NCBI GenBank assembly: GCA_963785305.1 | Contig: CAWAUV010000008.1 | Span: 352,001 to 416,000, forward strand | DNA: 64,000 nucleotides | DNA from: an uncultured Planctomycetaceae bacterium | Lineage (GTDB): Bacteria; Planctomycetota; Planctomycetia; Pirellulales; PALSA-1355 | Direction: 5' to 3' | In this document: positions 10,998-22,344 of the stretch, one piece after another | How positions within the stretch are numbered: position 1 is the first letter of the stretch | How the letters are laid out: each line of letters opens with the position of its first letter | Position numbers and translations under genes: made by a program | The notes under the pieces: model-generated | Told to the model about the DNA's origin: nothing | Databases searched by the model: none | Seen by the model: only the letters and a program-made list of their open reading frames with translations

Positions 10998-13015
10998 TCG
11001 CGGGCAATACGACGCTCGACGGCGGATCGTTCAGCGCGAGCGACGCCAGCTCGGAAAACGACACCGCCAGCGACAGCTACGAACAAGACGACTTCGATGG
11101 CGGCGTGTTGACCAATCTCTCCGCGACCCAAGGTTACGAACACCACGCCGCCGCCGACCAATATATCCAACACGGCACGTACACGATCTCGACCGGCGCC
11201 GCCGGAACGATCGATAGCGGGAACATCGTCAGTAGCGAAGTCGAACACGACGGCATCCAGGCCAGCGATTCGATCTCGGCTTCCTACAGCGGCTCGGGCA
11301 TCCAGACCACGCTCGCCTCGCGCGACTTCAACCACGATTTCTCGAGCCAAAACGACGCCGACAATGGAATCGATAGCGGCGAGTCGCACGATGCGTCGAG
11401 CGATAGCTACTCGCAAAGCGTGAGCGACAGTTATCCGAGCGAAGGTCAGGGCCCCAGCGGGCAAGACCAGATCGAAACATCGCTCGTCACGACCGCGGCC
11501 GACAGCCAATGGGCCGCCGGCGCCGGCTCGGGCACAAGCCAATCCGACACCACGACCTATTCCTACGACGACGCATTCAGCCCCGGCTACAGCAGCAGTT
11601 GGTCGAGCAGCCAAACAAGCGACCCCTCGCTTTCGACCTTCGCGACCGCCGGCAACGGCGGCCAGCAGCAGTACCCGGCGAGCGCGGCGACATTGGTCAG
11701 TCCGCATGTGAGCGTGTTCAGCGTTCCGCTCTCGACGAACGTTCCGGTCGTCACCGACACGATCAAAGTGGAGGAAACGGTCCCGCAACAAGCCTGCTTT
11801 ACGGCTGACACGCTGATCTTGATGGCGGAGGCGCCGCCGAAGCGGATCGACCAAATCCGCGTGGGCGATGAGGTGCTCTGCAAGGACGATGGCGATCCGT
11901 ATGGTGCGCCGCGGCGTCGGGTGGTCGATTCGCTCAAACAGCATCCGCCGACGGCGCTGGTCAGCGTTCATGTACTCGATGAGTTCGGCGTCGAACTAGT
12001 CTCGCGCACGACAGGAAACCATCTCATCTGGACCAGGGAAGCCGGCTGGCTCCAAGCGCGAAAGCTCGAACCCGGTCAGCACGTCATCGGCCACGACAAC
12101 CGCTTGCATGAAATATTAAAAGTCGTCGATAATGGCGAAGTCGAGCCGGTTTTCAATTTCTCCGTCGCCGAGTGCCACACCTATTTCATCGCCAACCAAG
12201 ATGGCGCGATGAGCGTGCTGGTGCATAATGATTATGTCACATACGAGGAAGGTAAGAATGGCGTAACACTGGTCTATTATCAAGAGAGTTTGTTCGGCGT
12301 CGCCGATCGTCCACCGGTTTTTATTGGTTCTCTTCAGGGCAACAACGTAATCCACATTGCGCCCGACGGCACGAAAACCGCGGCGTCGTTGGACGCGGTG
12401 ACGAGCGAAGTGACAAGCCTCGGCACGACCGGCAACTGGGGTCAATGGTTCAACAAAAATGGTGTGAGCGCCGGCGCTCCAGCGGCGACGAACCTCGAAC
12501 AGGAGAAAGGCGGCGCTTTTGCATTGCAACTGAAACTCGACGAGGACAGCAATGCCCAACGCGAGTTGCAAAAGCAAGAAACAATTCCGAAAATCATCGA
12601 TGGCAAGACAAACTCAGTCGACATGGCCGAAGCCACATTGGAGCAGGTCACAGTCAACACGCCGATCGACGTCGGCCTCGCGATGGCGGGAGGGTTGGGC
12701 CCGCTCCATCATATCGCAACGAACAAAAACTGGATATCGACGTTGCGCGGCGGTCCCTGGAGCCCACGGTTCGCGGCGATTTTTGAAAAAGCGGGAATGA
12801 CACTTGAGGCTGCGGCGAACAAAATAAACATTCCGGGACACGCCGGACCGCATCCCGAAGCGTACCACAAAGAAGTATTTGATCGTTTGAGACGCGCGGT
12901 CAACGGTCTCTCGGGTGAGGCATATAAAAATGCGCTCATGAACGAACTCAACGCGCTCTCGCAGGAAGCGACGACTGCGGGAACTGAACTCAACAAGCTT
13001 CTCAACGGCGAATAA
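10979..13015 (+). CDS. Orphan toxin cassette 4: stalk fragment + Hint + AHH nuclease (duplicate of cassette 2)
   Basis: Hint and toxin protein sequence identical to cassette 2; offset 5005 bp. Confidence 0.8.
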   Translation: MVVEVIVAGNTTLDGGSFSASDASSENDTASDSYEQDDFDGGVLTNLSATQGYEHHAAADQYIQHGTYTISTGAAGTIDSGNIVSSEVEHDGIQASDSISASYSGSGIQTTLASRDFNHDFSSQNDADNGIDSGESHDASSDSYSQSVSDSYPSEGQGPSGQDQIETSLVTTAADSQWAAGAGSGTSQSDTTTYSYDDAFSPGYSSSWSSSQTSDPSLSTFATAGNGGQQQYPASAATLVSPHVSVFSVPLSTNVPVVTDTIKVEETVPQQACFTADTLILMAEAPPKRIDQIRVGDEVLCKDDGDPYGAPRRRVVDSLKQHPPTALVSVHVLDEFGVELVSRTTGNHLIWTREAGWLQARKLEPGQHVIGHDNRLHEILKVVDNGEVEPVFNFSVAECHTYFIANQDGAMSVLVHNDYVTYEEGKNGVTLVYYQESLFGVADRPPVFIGSLQGNNVIHIAPDGTKTAASLDAVTSEVTSLGTTGNWGQWFNKNGVSAGAPAATNLEQEKGGAFALQLKLDEDSNAQRELQKQETIPKIIDGKTNSVDMAEATLEQVTVNTPIDVGLAMAGGLGPLHHIATNKNWISTLRGGPWSPRFAAIFEKAGMTLEAAANKINIPGHAGPHPEAYHKEVFDRLRRAVNGLSGEAYKNALMNELNALSQEATTAGTELNKLLNGE

Positions 13016-13028
13016 TACTGGGTGTGAA

Positions 13029-13592
13029 ATGGATTATTGTCGATTACTAACTGATGACAAAGCATACGCGGATCGTTGGTTTCTTGGCGAGCCCGTGACC
13101 GACGAGGGCATCGAGGTCGATGTGCGCGAATTTTGTTATGGCCGCCCGTATTCGGGCCCACGACCTGCCGTTGTTCCGATCCGCCAGTCAGGCCGGTCGG
13201 TGGCTTTCCATTTAGCCGCCTTCGACATGCCGGTTGTTTCGAGCGAGATCGCTGATGTGCTCGAACATTCCGCCCCGGCCGACATTCAACGCTTCCCCGT
13301 CACGATTGGCAGCGGAATTCGTGGATTCGAGATACTCAACGTGGTTGGAACGGAGCGTTGCGTGGATGAAGTTCGATCAAAGGCACGAAAATGGGGACCC
13401 GATGACGGCCGCCCGGACAAGGTCGGGCAATACCGCCAGATTACGCGTTTAGTAATCGATCCGCGACGTACCAATGAAAGACATTTGCTTCGGATCTGGG
13501 GTTGGTTAGTGGGGTTGATTGTTTCGGAGAAAGTAATGGAAACCCTTTCTTCGGCGCCCGATCTTGGCATTGTCTTTGAAAAAGTGACCTGA
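13029..13592 (+). CDS. Immunity protein, Imm11/DUF1629-like (paralog of 8024..8587)
   Basis: 187 aa, near-identical to the 8024 copy. Confidence 0.65.
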   Translation: MDYCRLLTDDKAYADRWFLGEPVTDEGIEVDVREFCYGRPYSGPRPAVVPIRQSGRSVAFHLAAFDMPVVSSEIADVLEHSAPADIQRFPVTIGSGIRGFEILNVVGTERCVDEVRSKARKWGPDDGRPDKVGQYRQITRLVIDPRRTNERHLLRIWGWLVGLIVSEKVMETLSSAPDLGIVFEKVT

Positions 13593-13597
13593 TATGC

Positions 13598-14932
13598 GTG
13601 TCGCTTGTCGTTCCGAATACCTCATCGGACGAGGAAACGGTCCCGCAGCAAGCGTGCTTCGTGGCGGGAACGCCGGTGGTTGTGAAAGAAGGCTTCAAGC
13701 GGGTCGCGGATGTCAAACTCGGCGACGTGGTGGCCTGCAAGAGCGATGGCGACCCGTGGGGCGAGCTCTACTGGCGCGTGGTCGACCGGCTATTCAAACA
13801 TGACCCGACGCCGGTTCTCGGCATCGAAATCGCCGGCCGCCTAATCCGCGGCACCGCGAACCACCTGTATTATGCGGAAGGTCGCGGCTGGATCAAAGCG
13901 AGCGAACTCCGCGTCGGCGATCAAGTCATCGGCCACGACGGCCGCTTGCACGCGGTGACCGCGATCATCGATAATGGCGAAGTCGAGCCGGTCTACAACT
14001 TCGCCGTCGCCGAACACCATACGTACTTCGTGGCGAGCCAGGATGGCACGGTCAGCGCGCTGGTGCATAATACGTATGGTTTCGGCGATATTTGGGCGGC
14101 CGTCAAGGAAGGAACAAAGGTCTTTTTCGTCGATGAGATTTATGGAGGCGCGAAGGCGCTCGTTACCGGAGAAGCCGGCAACGCCATGGGCAATCGCGCG
14201 GTCGGCATCGTCGAAACCGCGACCGGTGACAAATTCACGGGCACGGCGGGCGATTATGCACAATTTTCGCGAGCAGTCGCCGGTGATCTCACCGGTGTAA
14301 ATAATCTCGCGGAGTCGGCGTACGGTTATGATATTTCAAACAACAATCAGCTCTCAACAGAGGAACGGATCACGCGAGGCGCGGCGGGCGTCGCGGGAGT
14401 CGCGTCTACACTTTCCGGCGGACTCGAAAGCGCCGCCCGCGCCGGTTTGTCGGCAGAGACGAAAGTCGCGACAACCGTGGGCAAGGTTGCAACCGCCGAA
14501 ACAACAGTGGCGGATGCGGTCGGCGCGATCGACGTCGCCGCCGATACAACAGCCTTCGAGACGGAAGCGATTACCGTCGGCGGCGAGGCCCGCCCCATCA
14601 TCAGCCAAGCCGATACCGGCCTGCCGTTCGAGAAGCCGATCGGGCCAAGTAATTCGGTCGGAACAAAACGGCCTGGATCGATAGGCGGAAATCCAGCGAA
14701 TAGGCTTATCGACGTCCCGACAATGGCTGGCAATCTAACCCGCCGATGGGTTCGGATCACTGATGTGGATGCGGCGAGCTATCGTACAGCGCAAGCGGAC
14801 AAGATTGGTCAACTGTATAACGAAACGCCGGCGGGCTTGAGCGAGGCGGAGGGCCAAGCGTGGAGGCTTCAGCAGATGAACGAATTTCGCCGCCAATGGC
14901 TCGATGATTTTTACAAGAACCGTCAATACTGA
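13598..14932 (+). CDS. Orphan toxin cassette 5: Hint + PT-TG-like linker + unknown toxin domain
   Basis: Hint nearly identical to cassette 3; GYDISNNNQLSTEERI resembles the pre-toxin TG motif. Confidence 0.7.
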   Translation: MSLVVPNTSSDEETVPQQACFVAGTPVVVKEGFKRVADVKLGDVVACKSDGDPWGELYWRVVDRLFKHDPTPVLGIEIAGRLIRGTANHLYYAEGRGWIKASELRVGDQVIGHDGRLHAVTAIIDNGEVEPVYNFAVAEHHTYFVASQDGTVSALVHNTYGFGDIWAAVKEGTKVFFVDEIYGGAKALVTGEAGNAMGNRAVGIVETATGDKFTGTAGDYAQFSRAVAGDLTGVNNLAESAYGYDISNNNQLSTEERITRGAAGVAGVASTLSGGLESAARAGLSAETKVATTVGKVATAETTVADAVGAIDVAADTTAFETEAITVGGEARPIISQADTGLPFEKPIGPSNSVGTKRPGSIGGNPANRLIDVPTMAGNLTRRWVRITDVDAASYRTAQADKIGQLYNETPAGLSEAEGQAWRLQQMNEFRRQWLDDFYKNRQY

Positions 14933-14953
14933 AACCTAACACGCTGAATCGCC

Positions 14954-15709
14954 ATGCCACGCCCGGTATTAAAACACGAAAAGAAGATTATCGAAGAAAT
15001 GCTCGCGGACAGCGGTCTGCCTCAATTTCCATCACCGCACACGTTTCAAATCCCCAAAACCGTGGATCGTATACACATGGACGATGATCCACCGATAAAC
15101 GCAGGATCGATGATTATTTTTCGTCGGCAAGAAGGGACCGTAGATTGCAAGGTTATTTCATGTCATTCTTTGTTCCCTCGGACAGTCGTTGGCGAATTGT
15201 ACATAACTGCCGGCGCGCTCGATGGCCAGCTTGCCTTTCTCGAACTCGTCGCGTGGCTGCAAATGCCCCGCCGGCCTGTTCAGTTTCTGACGAGTATCGC
15301 TTGGAAATTTTGTTCTGAAAATCTGGAGGATCTTCCCGGCGATCCGCTCAGCAATGCGATGGGCAATCTCCAGTTATTTTCGACGACTCGATCACGACGG
15401 ACAACTCGTGCGCTGGAGCGACTTCGAATCGCCTACATCGGTTCAAGTGTATGTTTCATGTTTTCGCAAGCACTGTCAGTTTTCGTGAACGGCGGCCGGG
15501 AGTTGTGCTCGATGGAATCTCCAGATGGTTCTGTCCAAGTCCTATGCTCTACAGCAGGGGAACTTGCTATCGATGGGTGGTGCCGCCTTTCAAAAGATCG
15601 GTGGGACCATTTTTGCGAGAAGGAAAAACGGTCGAGTTGTCCCCGAAAACCTCATCCGGGGCTGTCCCTCCCGAAAACCCCGTCGGAGGGGAATGGCGAT
15701 GCCAAGTAG
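14954..15709 (+). CDS. Putative immunity protein; C-terminus runs into the integrase-element end
   Basis: Follows toxin 5; low GC; tail SLPKTPSEGNGDAK shared with 26284..26853. Confidence 0.5.
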   Translation: MPRPVLKHEKKIIEEMLADSGLPQFPSPHTFQIPKTVDRIHMDDDPPINAGSMIIFRRQEGTVDCKVISCHSLFPRTVVGELYITAGALDGQLAFLELVAWLQMPRRPVQFLTSIAWKFCSENLEDLPGDPLSNAMGNLQLFSTTRSRRTTRALERLRIAYIGSSVCFMFSQALSVFVNGGRELCSMESPDGSVQVLCSTAGELAIDGWCRLSKDRWDHFCEKEKRSSCPRKPHPGLSLPKTPSEGNGDAK

Positions 15710-15990
15710 GGTTGATTTCGCGAGGTTGGTTTCGGCGAGGCTCAAGAAAAATCGCCGGCGTTGGTGTAAAAACGGGCTCGGAGGGCCTGTTTTTACTGAT
15801 CGGCGCGCGGCCTTCCCTTCGGCGTGTGGCCGGTCGTGAAGGCGGGAGGCGGCCCCAAACGGTGCGCATGTAGCGGTGATGCAAGCCGCCGACTTGCGGG
15901 ATGGAGCGCACCGGGCCGCGTTCGGGCGGTTCGACTTCGCGAGCGTTGGGCGCGTTGCGGCCGAGCGAAAGATGAGTTCTTGAATTGTTA
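15638..15990 (-). mobile_element. 3' end fragment of an rve-integrase element
   Basis: YNNSRTHLSL...VGGLHHRY on minus strand; TGTCCC(T)CCCGAAAAC at 15638 and 15663. Confidence 0.75.
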
Positions 15991-16182
15991 TACCACTCAT
16001 CATCACAATGCCCACAAAACCGAGGTGCGGCTGATCTATTATCCTTGGCATCCGATGTACCAGATGAGCGTTTGTGTGGCGGTCGAACTGAACACTCGTG
16101 TGGGGACCGTCGCGCGGTGTACATTGCCTGGGAGGGAGGGTCGGCACGGTTTCGATTTACCATCCTGGATGCTGGGAAAATC

Positions 16183-16382
16183 AAAGGGGTCAGGCCTCAT
16201 TGGGCGGGAGCAAAGGGGACGCGAGTCGAATCGGGGGTCGGTTTTCTTGGGACGGCCGCGGGGACGAAGCGTCGATTGCAATCCACCGCGCGGTTTAGCG
16301 CATGGAAAATCAATCCCTTCGGCGGCATGCCCCCAGCTTAAGCCGGGACGCCTCAAACGTCGGTATCGACTCGCGACCCCGT
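16183..16382 (-). mobile_element. RAYT remnant with REP-like motifs (copy of 6015-6185)
   Basis: Near-identical to 6008-6185; preceded by AAAGGGGTCAGG motif. Confidence 0.55.
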
Positions 16383-16427
16383 TTTCGTTCGCCCTTTTCC
16401 GATCGACGACGAGAACGTCGTCACCGG

Positions 16428-18188
16428 CGAAGTCGAACACGACGGCATCCAGGCCAGCGATTCGATCTCGGCTTCCTACAGCGGCTCGGGCATCCAGACC
16501 ACGCTCGCCTCGCGCGACTTCAACCACGATTTCTCGAGCCAAAACGACGCCGACAATGGAATCGATAGCGGCGGTTCGCACGACGCTTCGAGCGATAGCT
16601 ACTCGCAACGCGTGAGCGACAGTTATCCGAGCGAAGGCCAGGGCGCCAGCGGGCAAGACCAGATCGGAACATCGCTCGTCACGACCGCGGCCGACAGCCA
16701 ATGGGCCGCCGGCGCCGGCGCGGCGCAAGCCAATCCGACACCACGACCTATTCCTACGACGATGCGTTCAGCCCCGGCTACGGCAGCAGTTGGTCGAGCA
16801 GCCAAACAAGCGACCCCTCCCTTTCGACCTTCGCGACCACCGGCAACGGCGGCCAGCAGCAATACACCGCCAGCGCGGTGGAAATCATCAGCCAGCATGC
16901 CAGCGTGTTCAGCGCGTCCTTGACGACGAACGTGCCTGTCGTCACCGATACCATCAAGAGCGAGAAAACCGTCCCGCAGCAAGCGTGCTTTACAGCGGAT
17001 ACATTGATTCTGATGGCCGACGCGCCGCCGAAGCGCATCGATTTGATTCGCGTGGGCGACGAAGTGCTCTGCAAGGACGATGGCGACCCCTTTGGCGCCC
17101 TTCGGCGCCGGGTCGTCGATTCACTCAAGCAGCATCCGCCGACAGCATTGGTCAGCGTGCATGTTAACGATGACCTCGGCCGAGAGTTGCTTTCGCGAAC
17201 GACCGGAAATCATCTCTTCTGGACGAAGGAAGCCGGCTGGCTTCAGGCAAGAAGGCTCGAGCCCGGCCACCATGTGCTCGGCCACGACAACCGCTTGCAC
17301 GAAGTGCAGAAAGTCGTCGATAATGGCGAATGCGAGCCGGTGTTTAATTTCTCCGTCGCCGAGTGCCACACCTATTTCATCGCCAGCCAAGATGGCGCGA
17401 TGAGCGTGCTGGTGCATAATGATTACATCGAGCGGATTACAAGGCAGGATGGTAATGTCGACTTGGTCTACCATTCTTCTTACTTCGGGTTCGAAGCAGG
17501 AGATATCGCCTACATCGGAGTCTTGCAACCTGATGGGACGGTAACGCGCGGAAAAAACCAATCGAACATTGATGCGGTCAAAGCGGAGGTAAATGGATTT
17601 AATACGACGGGCAACTGGGTTGATTGGTTCGAGAACAACAACAAACCACCGTCCCTCGAGGGCAACAAAGGCCAGACCGCCATTGAGATGGCCAGGAACA
17701 AGGATCAATTCAAAGGCGAGGTCGTCGAGAACGCCGCCGCGCAAAACGCGGAAAAGCTGCAAGAAGGCGCGCAACTCGCCGCGCAGATGAACAAAGACTT
17801 GGAGGACTTTGTTACAAGAGACTTGCCGCTGACCATCGCCTTCGCCGCTATTGGAGCAAACGGAGAACTAATCGGCGAGTCGCTTGCACGTGCGATGCCC
17901 CGTGGCCATGTTTTCGAGAGGCACGCGTATGAATGGTTCGGGGTTTCGCGTGGCTTCACACCGACAGCGCAGCAAGCAAAAGAGTGGATTGATCTTATCC
18001 AGCGTGTAAGTCGTTCAAAAAACACGTTCAGTTGGTCTGTTGGCGATTCAAAAACAATTGCGCACCTCGCAAAAGTCGATGGCAAATGGTTCGTGGTCCA
18101 ATACTATGAAGCAACCGGCGTCTTAGCATCAGCATTCATGCCCAACGCTACGCAACTCGCAGAAATGTTCAAGCTATTGGGCTGGTAG
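16428..18188 (+). CDS. Orphan toxin cassette 6: stalk fragment + Hint + putative RNase-like toxin; frameshift ~16722
   Basis: CFTADT...LVHN; C-terminus GHVFERH...GVLASAFMP resembles EndoU/BECR-type toxin motifs (the activity is inferred). Confidence 0.7.
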
Positions 18189-18197
18189 GAGTTGTTA

Positions 18198-18957
18198 ATG
18201 AAAACACCATTGGGTGAAAATGTAAGTTTAGACTTCTATTTTAATGACCGTAGTTGTGCTAATGGATTGCGGGATGTCGTTCGACATTGCTTGAATGCTG
18301 GTGCATTATTTTCCGGCGAAATAGTCGCCTTCGAGTACAAGCATGCGCGGCGCAAAAATGCCGCACGCAGGCTATGAACCGCACGTTAAGAAAGGTATCT
18401 CGGAAACAGATTTAATGCAGTTACTCGAGTCCGACGATGCACGCGTGCTGGTTGTCGGTCTCTGGGACATGCTCGGGTTTAGTAAACAGTCGCCCGAGAT
18501 CGTTACGTTCAACGGCGTTTCCGAGCAAGCCCTTCAATTCGAGACCAATCCAATTTCCATTGTTGGCGAGGGCTGGCGGTTCAGCACCCCGGGGTATGAA
18601 AAAGAACGACGCGCGGATGCGACAACATGCTATAGGCGGTTCGTCGAAGTTTGCAAAGCGTTGAAGCCGAGCTACGGAGCTATCCTGAACGAAGATTCGC
18701 TGACGTGTCCTTTCGATTTGAAACAAGGCAACGGAACGAGGTGTTTTTCGAATTTCTTTATTAGTGAACAAGCATTCGGGACATCCATGCTCGCGAAAAT
18801 AGAATCCATGTATCACGATGCATATACGGAGCGATTTCAGGAAGGTCTATACGTCTCGACATGGATGTTTTCCCCCCGCAACATAATTACCGAGCAGGCA
18901 TCCGCGGTCGAGCGTTCAAAGAGAGTTGCGACAATGATCGCTTCACTAATCCCCTAA
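18198..18957 (+). CDS. Putative immunity protein (frameshift ~18350)
   Basis: AGGAG SD after the toxin stop; ORFs 18192..18377 and 18343..18957 overlap and join; low GC. Confidence 0.6.
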
Positions 18958-18983
18958 TCCCCTTAGGTCCTGTCTCTTGTCCC

Positions 18984-19170
18984 TGTCCCTCCCGAAAACT
19001 CAATCCGCGGGGGCAGGGGCGTGTTTGAGGTGTCGAATCGGAAATCAGCCCGCGAGGTGAGTCAAGGAATTTGTAATGGTAGCGAGTAAAAACAGGCCCG
19101 GAGGGCCTGTTTTCACTCCTGGGCGCGCGGCCTTGCCTTCGGCGTGTCGCCGTGATGAGAGGTCGTGAAG
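18984..19170 (-). mobile_element. Non-coding end of the rve-integrase element
   Basis: TGTCCCTCCCGAAAACTC and the AAAACAGGCCCGGAGGGCCTGTTTT hairpin, homologous to 10654-10830. Confidence 0.7.
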
Positions 19171-19176
19171 GCGCGG

Positions 19177-20445
19177 GGCGGCGGGCGGGGTGGCGGGCGC
19201 GATTCCCGGGGCGCTGGTCGCGTCGGTCGTGTCCGGCCCGGCGGGATTTTTCACGGTGCTGACCGCGGGAGCGATCTCCGGCGGAGTCGCGGGCGCCATC
19301 GCCGGTTACTCGGCCAAGAATAGCACGGCGGTGATGCAATCCGCCTACAACAGCGGCCTCGCCGCCGGCTTCGAGACCGGCGTGGCGATGATCTTCACCG
19401 GCGCGGGCGCGGCCGTGCAAATCCTGGTCGGCGCCGGCGCCGCCGCCACGACGAACGTGATCGGCCAACTCGCGCATGGCGTGAGCTTGAACCAACTAAA
19501 TTACGCGTCGATCGGCTGGTCGGCCTTGCAAGGCGGCGCGTTCGCCGCTGTCGGCAAAGCGGCGATGTACGCCGGCTGTAAGCTGGGCATCACGCCGTTC
19601 TGCTTCGCCCCCGACACGCCGATCTCGACCGGCCAAGGCTTCCTACCGATCTCGATCATCGAGCAGTTCCAGGAAGTCTGGGCGTTCGATCTGCACGCCG
19701 AGCGGTGGGAATTCAAGCCGGTCTTGGAGACGTTCGCCTTCGACTACGAAGGCGACATGGCGCATGTTTCGCTCGTTGGACCGGCCGGTGAGGAAACGAT
19801 TCGCGCCACGCCGGGGCATCCGTATTGGGTGATCGAGGGCGAAGGGCTCGATGAGCGGCCCAAGGGCGAGCACATTCAGGCGATCGAATCGGACTTGGAA
19901 GGCTCGCCGGTCCCCGGCCGCTGGGTGGATGCGGGCGATCTGCGCCGGGCGACGTGCTGCTATTCAAGAATGCGAAACCGCTGCGCGTGGAGCGTGTGTG
20001 GCTGGAGCCGTATTCGGGCAAAGTGTACAATTTCTTCGTCGGCGAGTCGCACAACTACGCCGTCGGCTTCCACGCGGCGCTCGTGCATAACGCGTGCAAT
20101 TCGGCGCAGCTTGGGAAGAATCTCACGGCAGCCGGCTACGCCAAATTAGGACCGGGCTGGCAGGCGGCGCATATAGTGCCCATCGGGGCTTTCAGCAACC
20201 GGACGCCGGAAGTACAAGCCGCGATCAAGCTCGCGCAGGCGAAAGTCAGCCAATATCTCGCGAGTTCGGGTGGTCTCAATTCCGCCGCTAACGGTTTCTG
20301 GTCTTTTGCCGGCCACGCCGGGACTCACACGAATAAATATTTTCTCGCCCTGGGCGAGCAGTTCAGAAGGGTTAACAGTACGAAAGGTGCGATAAGTGTT
20401 CTTTCGTCTCTATGGTCTCAAATCGAGGCGGGGGCGTTTCTATGA
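19177..20445 (+). CDS. Orphan toxin cassette 7: Gly/Ala-rich hydrophobic region + Hint + AHH-like nuclease; frameshift ~19947
   Basis: CFAPDTP...TPGHPYWV...VYNFFVGESHNYAV...LVHN; toxin WQAAHIVP...LNSAANG...HAGTH. Confidence 0.75.
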
Positions 20446-21536
20446 ATAGAGCCGCAGTCACAGAAATTTTTAAGTTACAAAAAGTTCTCGATGATCCACG
20501 ATTCGAGGGTTTCGGACTTGGCGACCATTCTTCGGTGCTGGGGCGGGAAAATTTATTTCAAGATATGGACCCGGCGCATGAGCACTCGGAGGTCGGTCGC
20601 AATTGGCACCCCGTGCGTTTGGCGAAATTGTGGCGTCCGCCGCGAGTTGCTGGACGCGTGCAACCATATAACGATTATCCATGTGTTAACTTGAGCGATC
20701 CGGTTTTCAGTCGCCGCGCGTGCGACGCGTTGCGCGACTTGCTCGAGCCGAACGGCGAGTTGCTGCCGCTCGATTCGGATGCGGGCGAATACTATTTCTA
20801 CAACATCACCACGGTGATCGACGCCTTGGATCTCAAGAAATCGAAAGGCGCGTTCTTCGATTCGGGTATCGCAATCGGCGACTTGATGGATTATTTCTGG
20901 TTCCATCCCGCGAAGCTCGCGGGCGCGACTATTTTTCGAGTTCCCGATGTGCCTGCCTGCGCGCTGGTCACGCGGACATTCATCGATCGGGTGTATGCGG
21001 CCGGACTGAACGGCTTCGACTTCATCAAGCTGTGGCCGCTTCCCGAGGGCACGAACTGGCGCATCGAAGACAAAAAGCTGAAGAAGAAACAGTTCGCGAT
21101 TCGCAAGAACATGAAGGCGCAAACGGTGGTGGTTGCATTCGCGCTTTCGGGCAAGAAGCCGAGCGCGGCCGAAAAGAAATCGTTGGCCAAGCTGGAAGAC
21201 GATCTCGACGCGCAGCTTGCCGTGCGTTCGCTCGACGCGCCGTTTTTCGGCGTGTACGAAGGTCATGAGATTCAAGAAGGCGAATACCGGATGTTCCTGC
21301 GCTGCCCCGATGCCGATGCACTGGCCGCGAAGCTGATCCCGTGGCTGCAATCGATTGTTTGGAGTAGCGAAGTGCATGCGATGAAACGCTACGGCGACAT
21401 GCGTGATCCCAACGCGAGGGAGAAAATTCTCGATTTGAACCGTGCCCCGACGGCGCCCCAGAAGAAGGCGCCGCATGCACCGGCCAAGAAAGCGCCGCAT
21501 AACACAGCGAGACGCCCGCGGCCGTCCAAAGATTGA
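20442..21536 (+). CDS. Immunity protein, Imm11/DUF1629-like with an extra C-terminal domain
   Basis: ATGA overlap; PVFSRRA.DAL.DLL..NGELLPL, YYFYNIT.VIDALD, IFR, F.DRV..AGLNG motifs. Confidence 0.7.
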   Translation: MNRAAVTEIFKLQKVLDDPRFEGFGLGDHSSVLGRENLFQDMDPAHEHSEVGRNWHPVRLAKLWRPPRVAGRVQPYNDYPCVNLSDPVFSRRACDALRDLLEPNGELLPLDSDAGEYYFYNITTVIDALDLKKSKGAFFDSGIAIGDLMDYFWFHPAKLAGATIFRVPDVPACALVTRTFIDRVYAAGLNGFDFIKLWPLPEGTNWRIEDKKLKKKQFAIRKNMKAQTVVVAFALSGKKPSAAEKKSLAKLEDDLDAQLAVRSLDAPFFGVYEGHEIQEGEYRMFLRCPDADALAAKLIPWLQSIVWSSEVHAMKRYGDMRDPNAREKILDLNRAPTAPQKKAPHAPAKKAPHNTARRPRPSKD

Positions 21537-21582
21537 GTCTTTGGTTTCGGAACCGAACTCCAAATTGAAAGCGAATTACCTC

Positions 21583-22098
21583 ATGGCGAAACAGGCTTCG
21601 GGCAGCGCTCGGCCATGCATCACCGATCGGCCGCTCGACGCCGAGACTCTCGGGCTCATCAAGGCCAGCGCCGCCGAAGCGGCCCAGTGGCGCCGCATCG
21701 ACACGGCGACATGGAGCGCGGAGAAAATCATCGCCGCGATCGACGAGACCGTCTATGAACTGCAAATGACTCAAAGTCCGCCGCTGCCCGATGAAGGCGA
21801 TCCGGCGATCAGTCTGGGCAGCCTCTGGGGCGAGCAACTCGTCGGCGATTTTGCCTGGGAATGGGCGGCCGTGCATTTCGGCGCCGACGGCACGAAATCG
21901 ATCGGCGTCGTCTCCGCCAACCGGTCTCTCGCGATCTATCCACTGTATTTCGCGCGGGCTTGCCTCGACGGCGAGGCGGCGGTGACGATCGCGCTGGCCT
22001 TCAACATGCTGAAAGACGGAAAACGAATCCCCAAGCTTCCGCCGCGCGGCTACGCCGAAGTGATGAGTTGCGTGCGTCCCATCGTGCCACGCGGCTGA
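21583..22098 (+). CDS. Orphan immunity-like protein
   Basis: LGSLWGEQLVGDFAWEW motif; located in the toxin array; start codon uncertain. Confidence 0.5.
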   Translation: MAKQASGSARPCITDRPLDAETLGLIKASAAEAAQWRRIDTATWSAEKIIAAIDETVYELQMTQSPPLPDEGDPAISLGSLWGEQLVGDFAWEWAAVHFGADGTKSIGVVSANRSLAIYPLYFARACLDGEAAVTIALAFNMLKDGKRIPKLPPRGYAEVMSCVRPIVPRG

Positions 22099-22344
22099 TC
22101 CGCCGGTTTCGCGACCTGGGGCACGAGCCTCCACACCGAAAACGGCCAATGGCAGCTCGTCAACGGCCAGACGCTTTCCTCGAGCGCTACCTTCGGCGAG
22201 AACGACGGCAAGGACGTCGCCTCCAGCGCCCCCGTCAGTTTCTCGACCAGAGGTGGCGTCGAGGAGGGTTCCGGCGGGAGCCGGCTTCGATCACGACCAA
22301 CGATTATTATTCCGATCACATCAGCTACTCCGCCGCCGGCATCA

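Noticed and set aside
6229..14071. Diversity-generating retroelement template/variable repeat pair
   Set aside because: No reverse transcriptase in the window and differences are not adenine-specific
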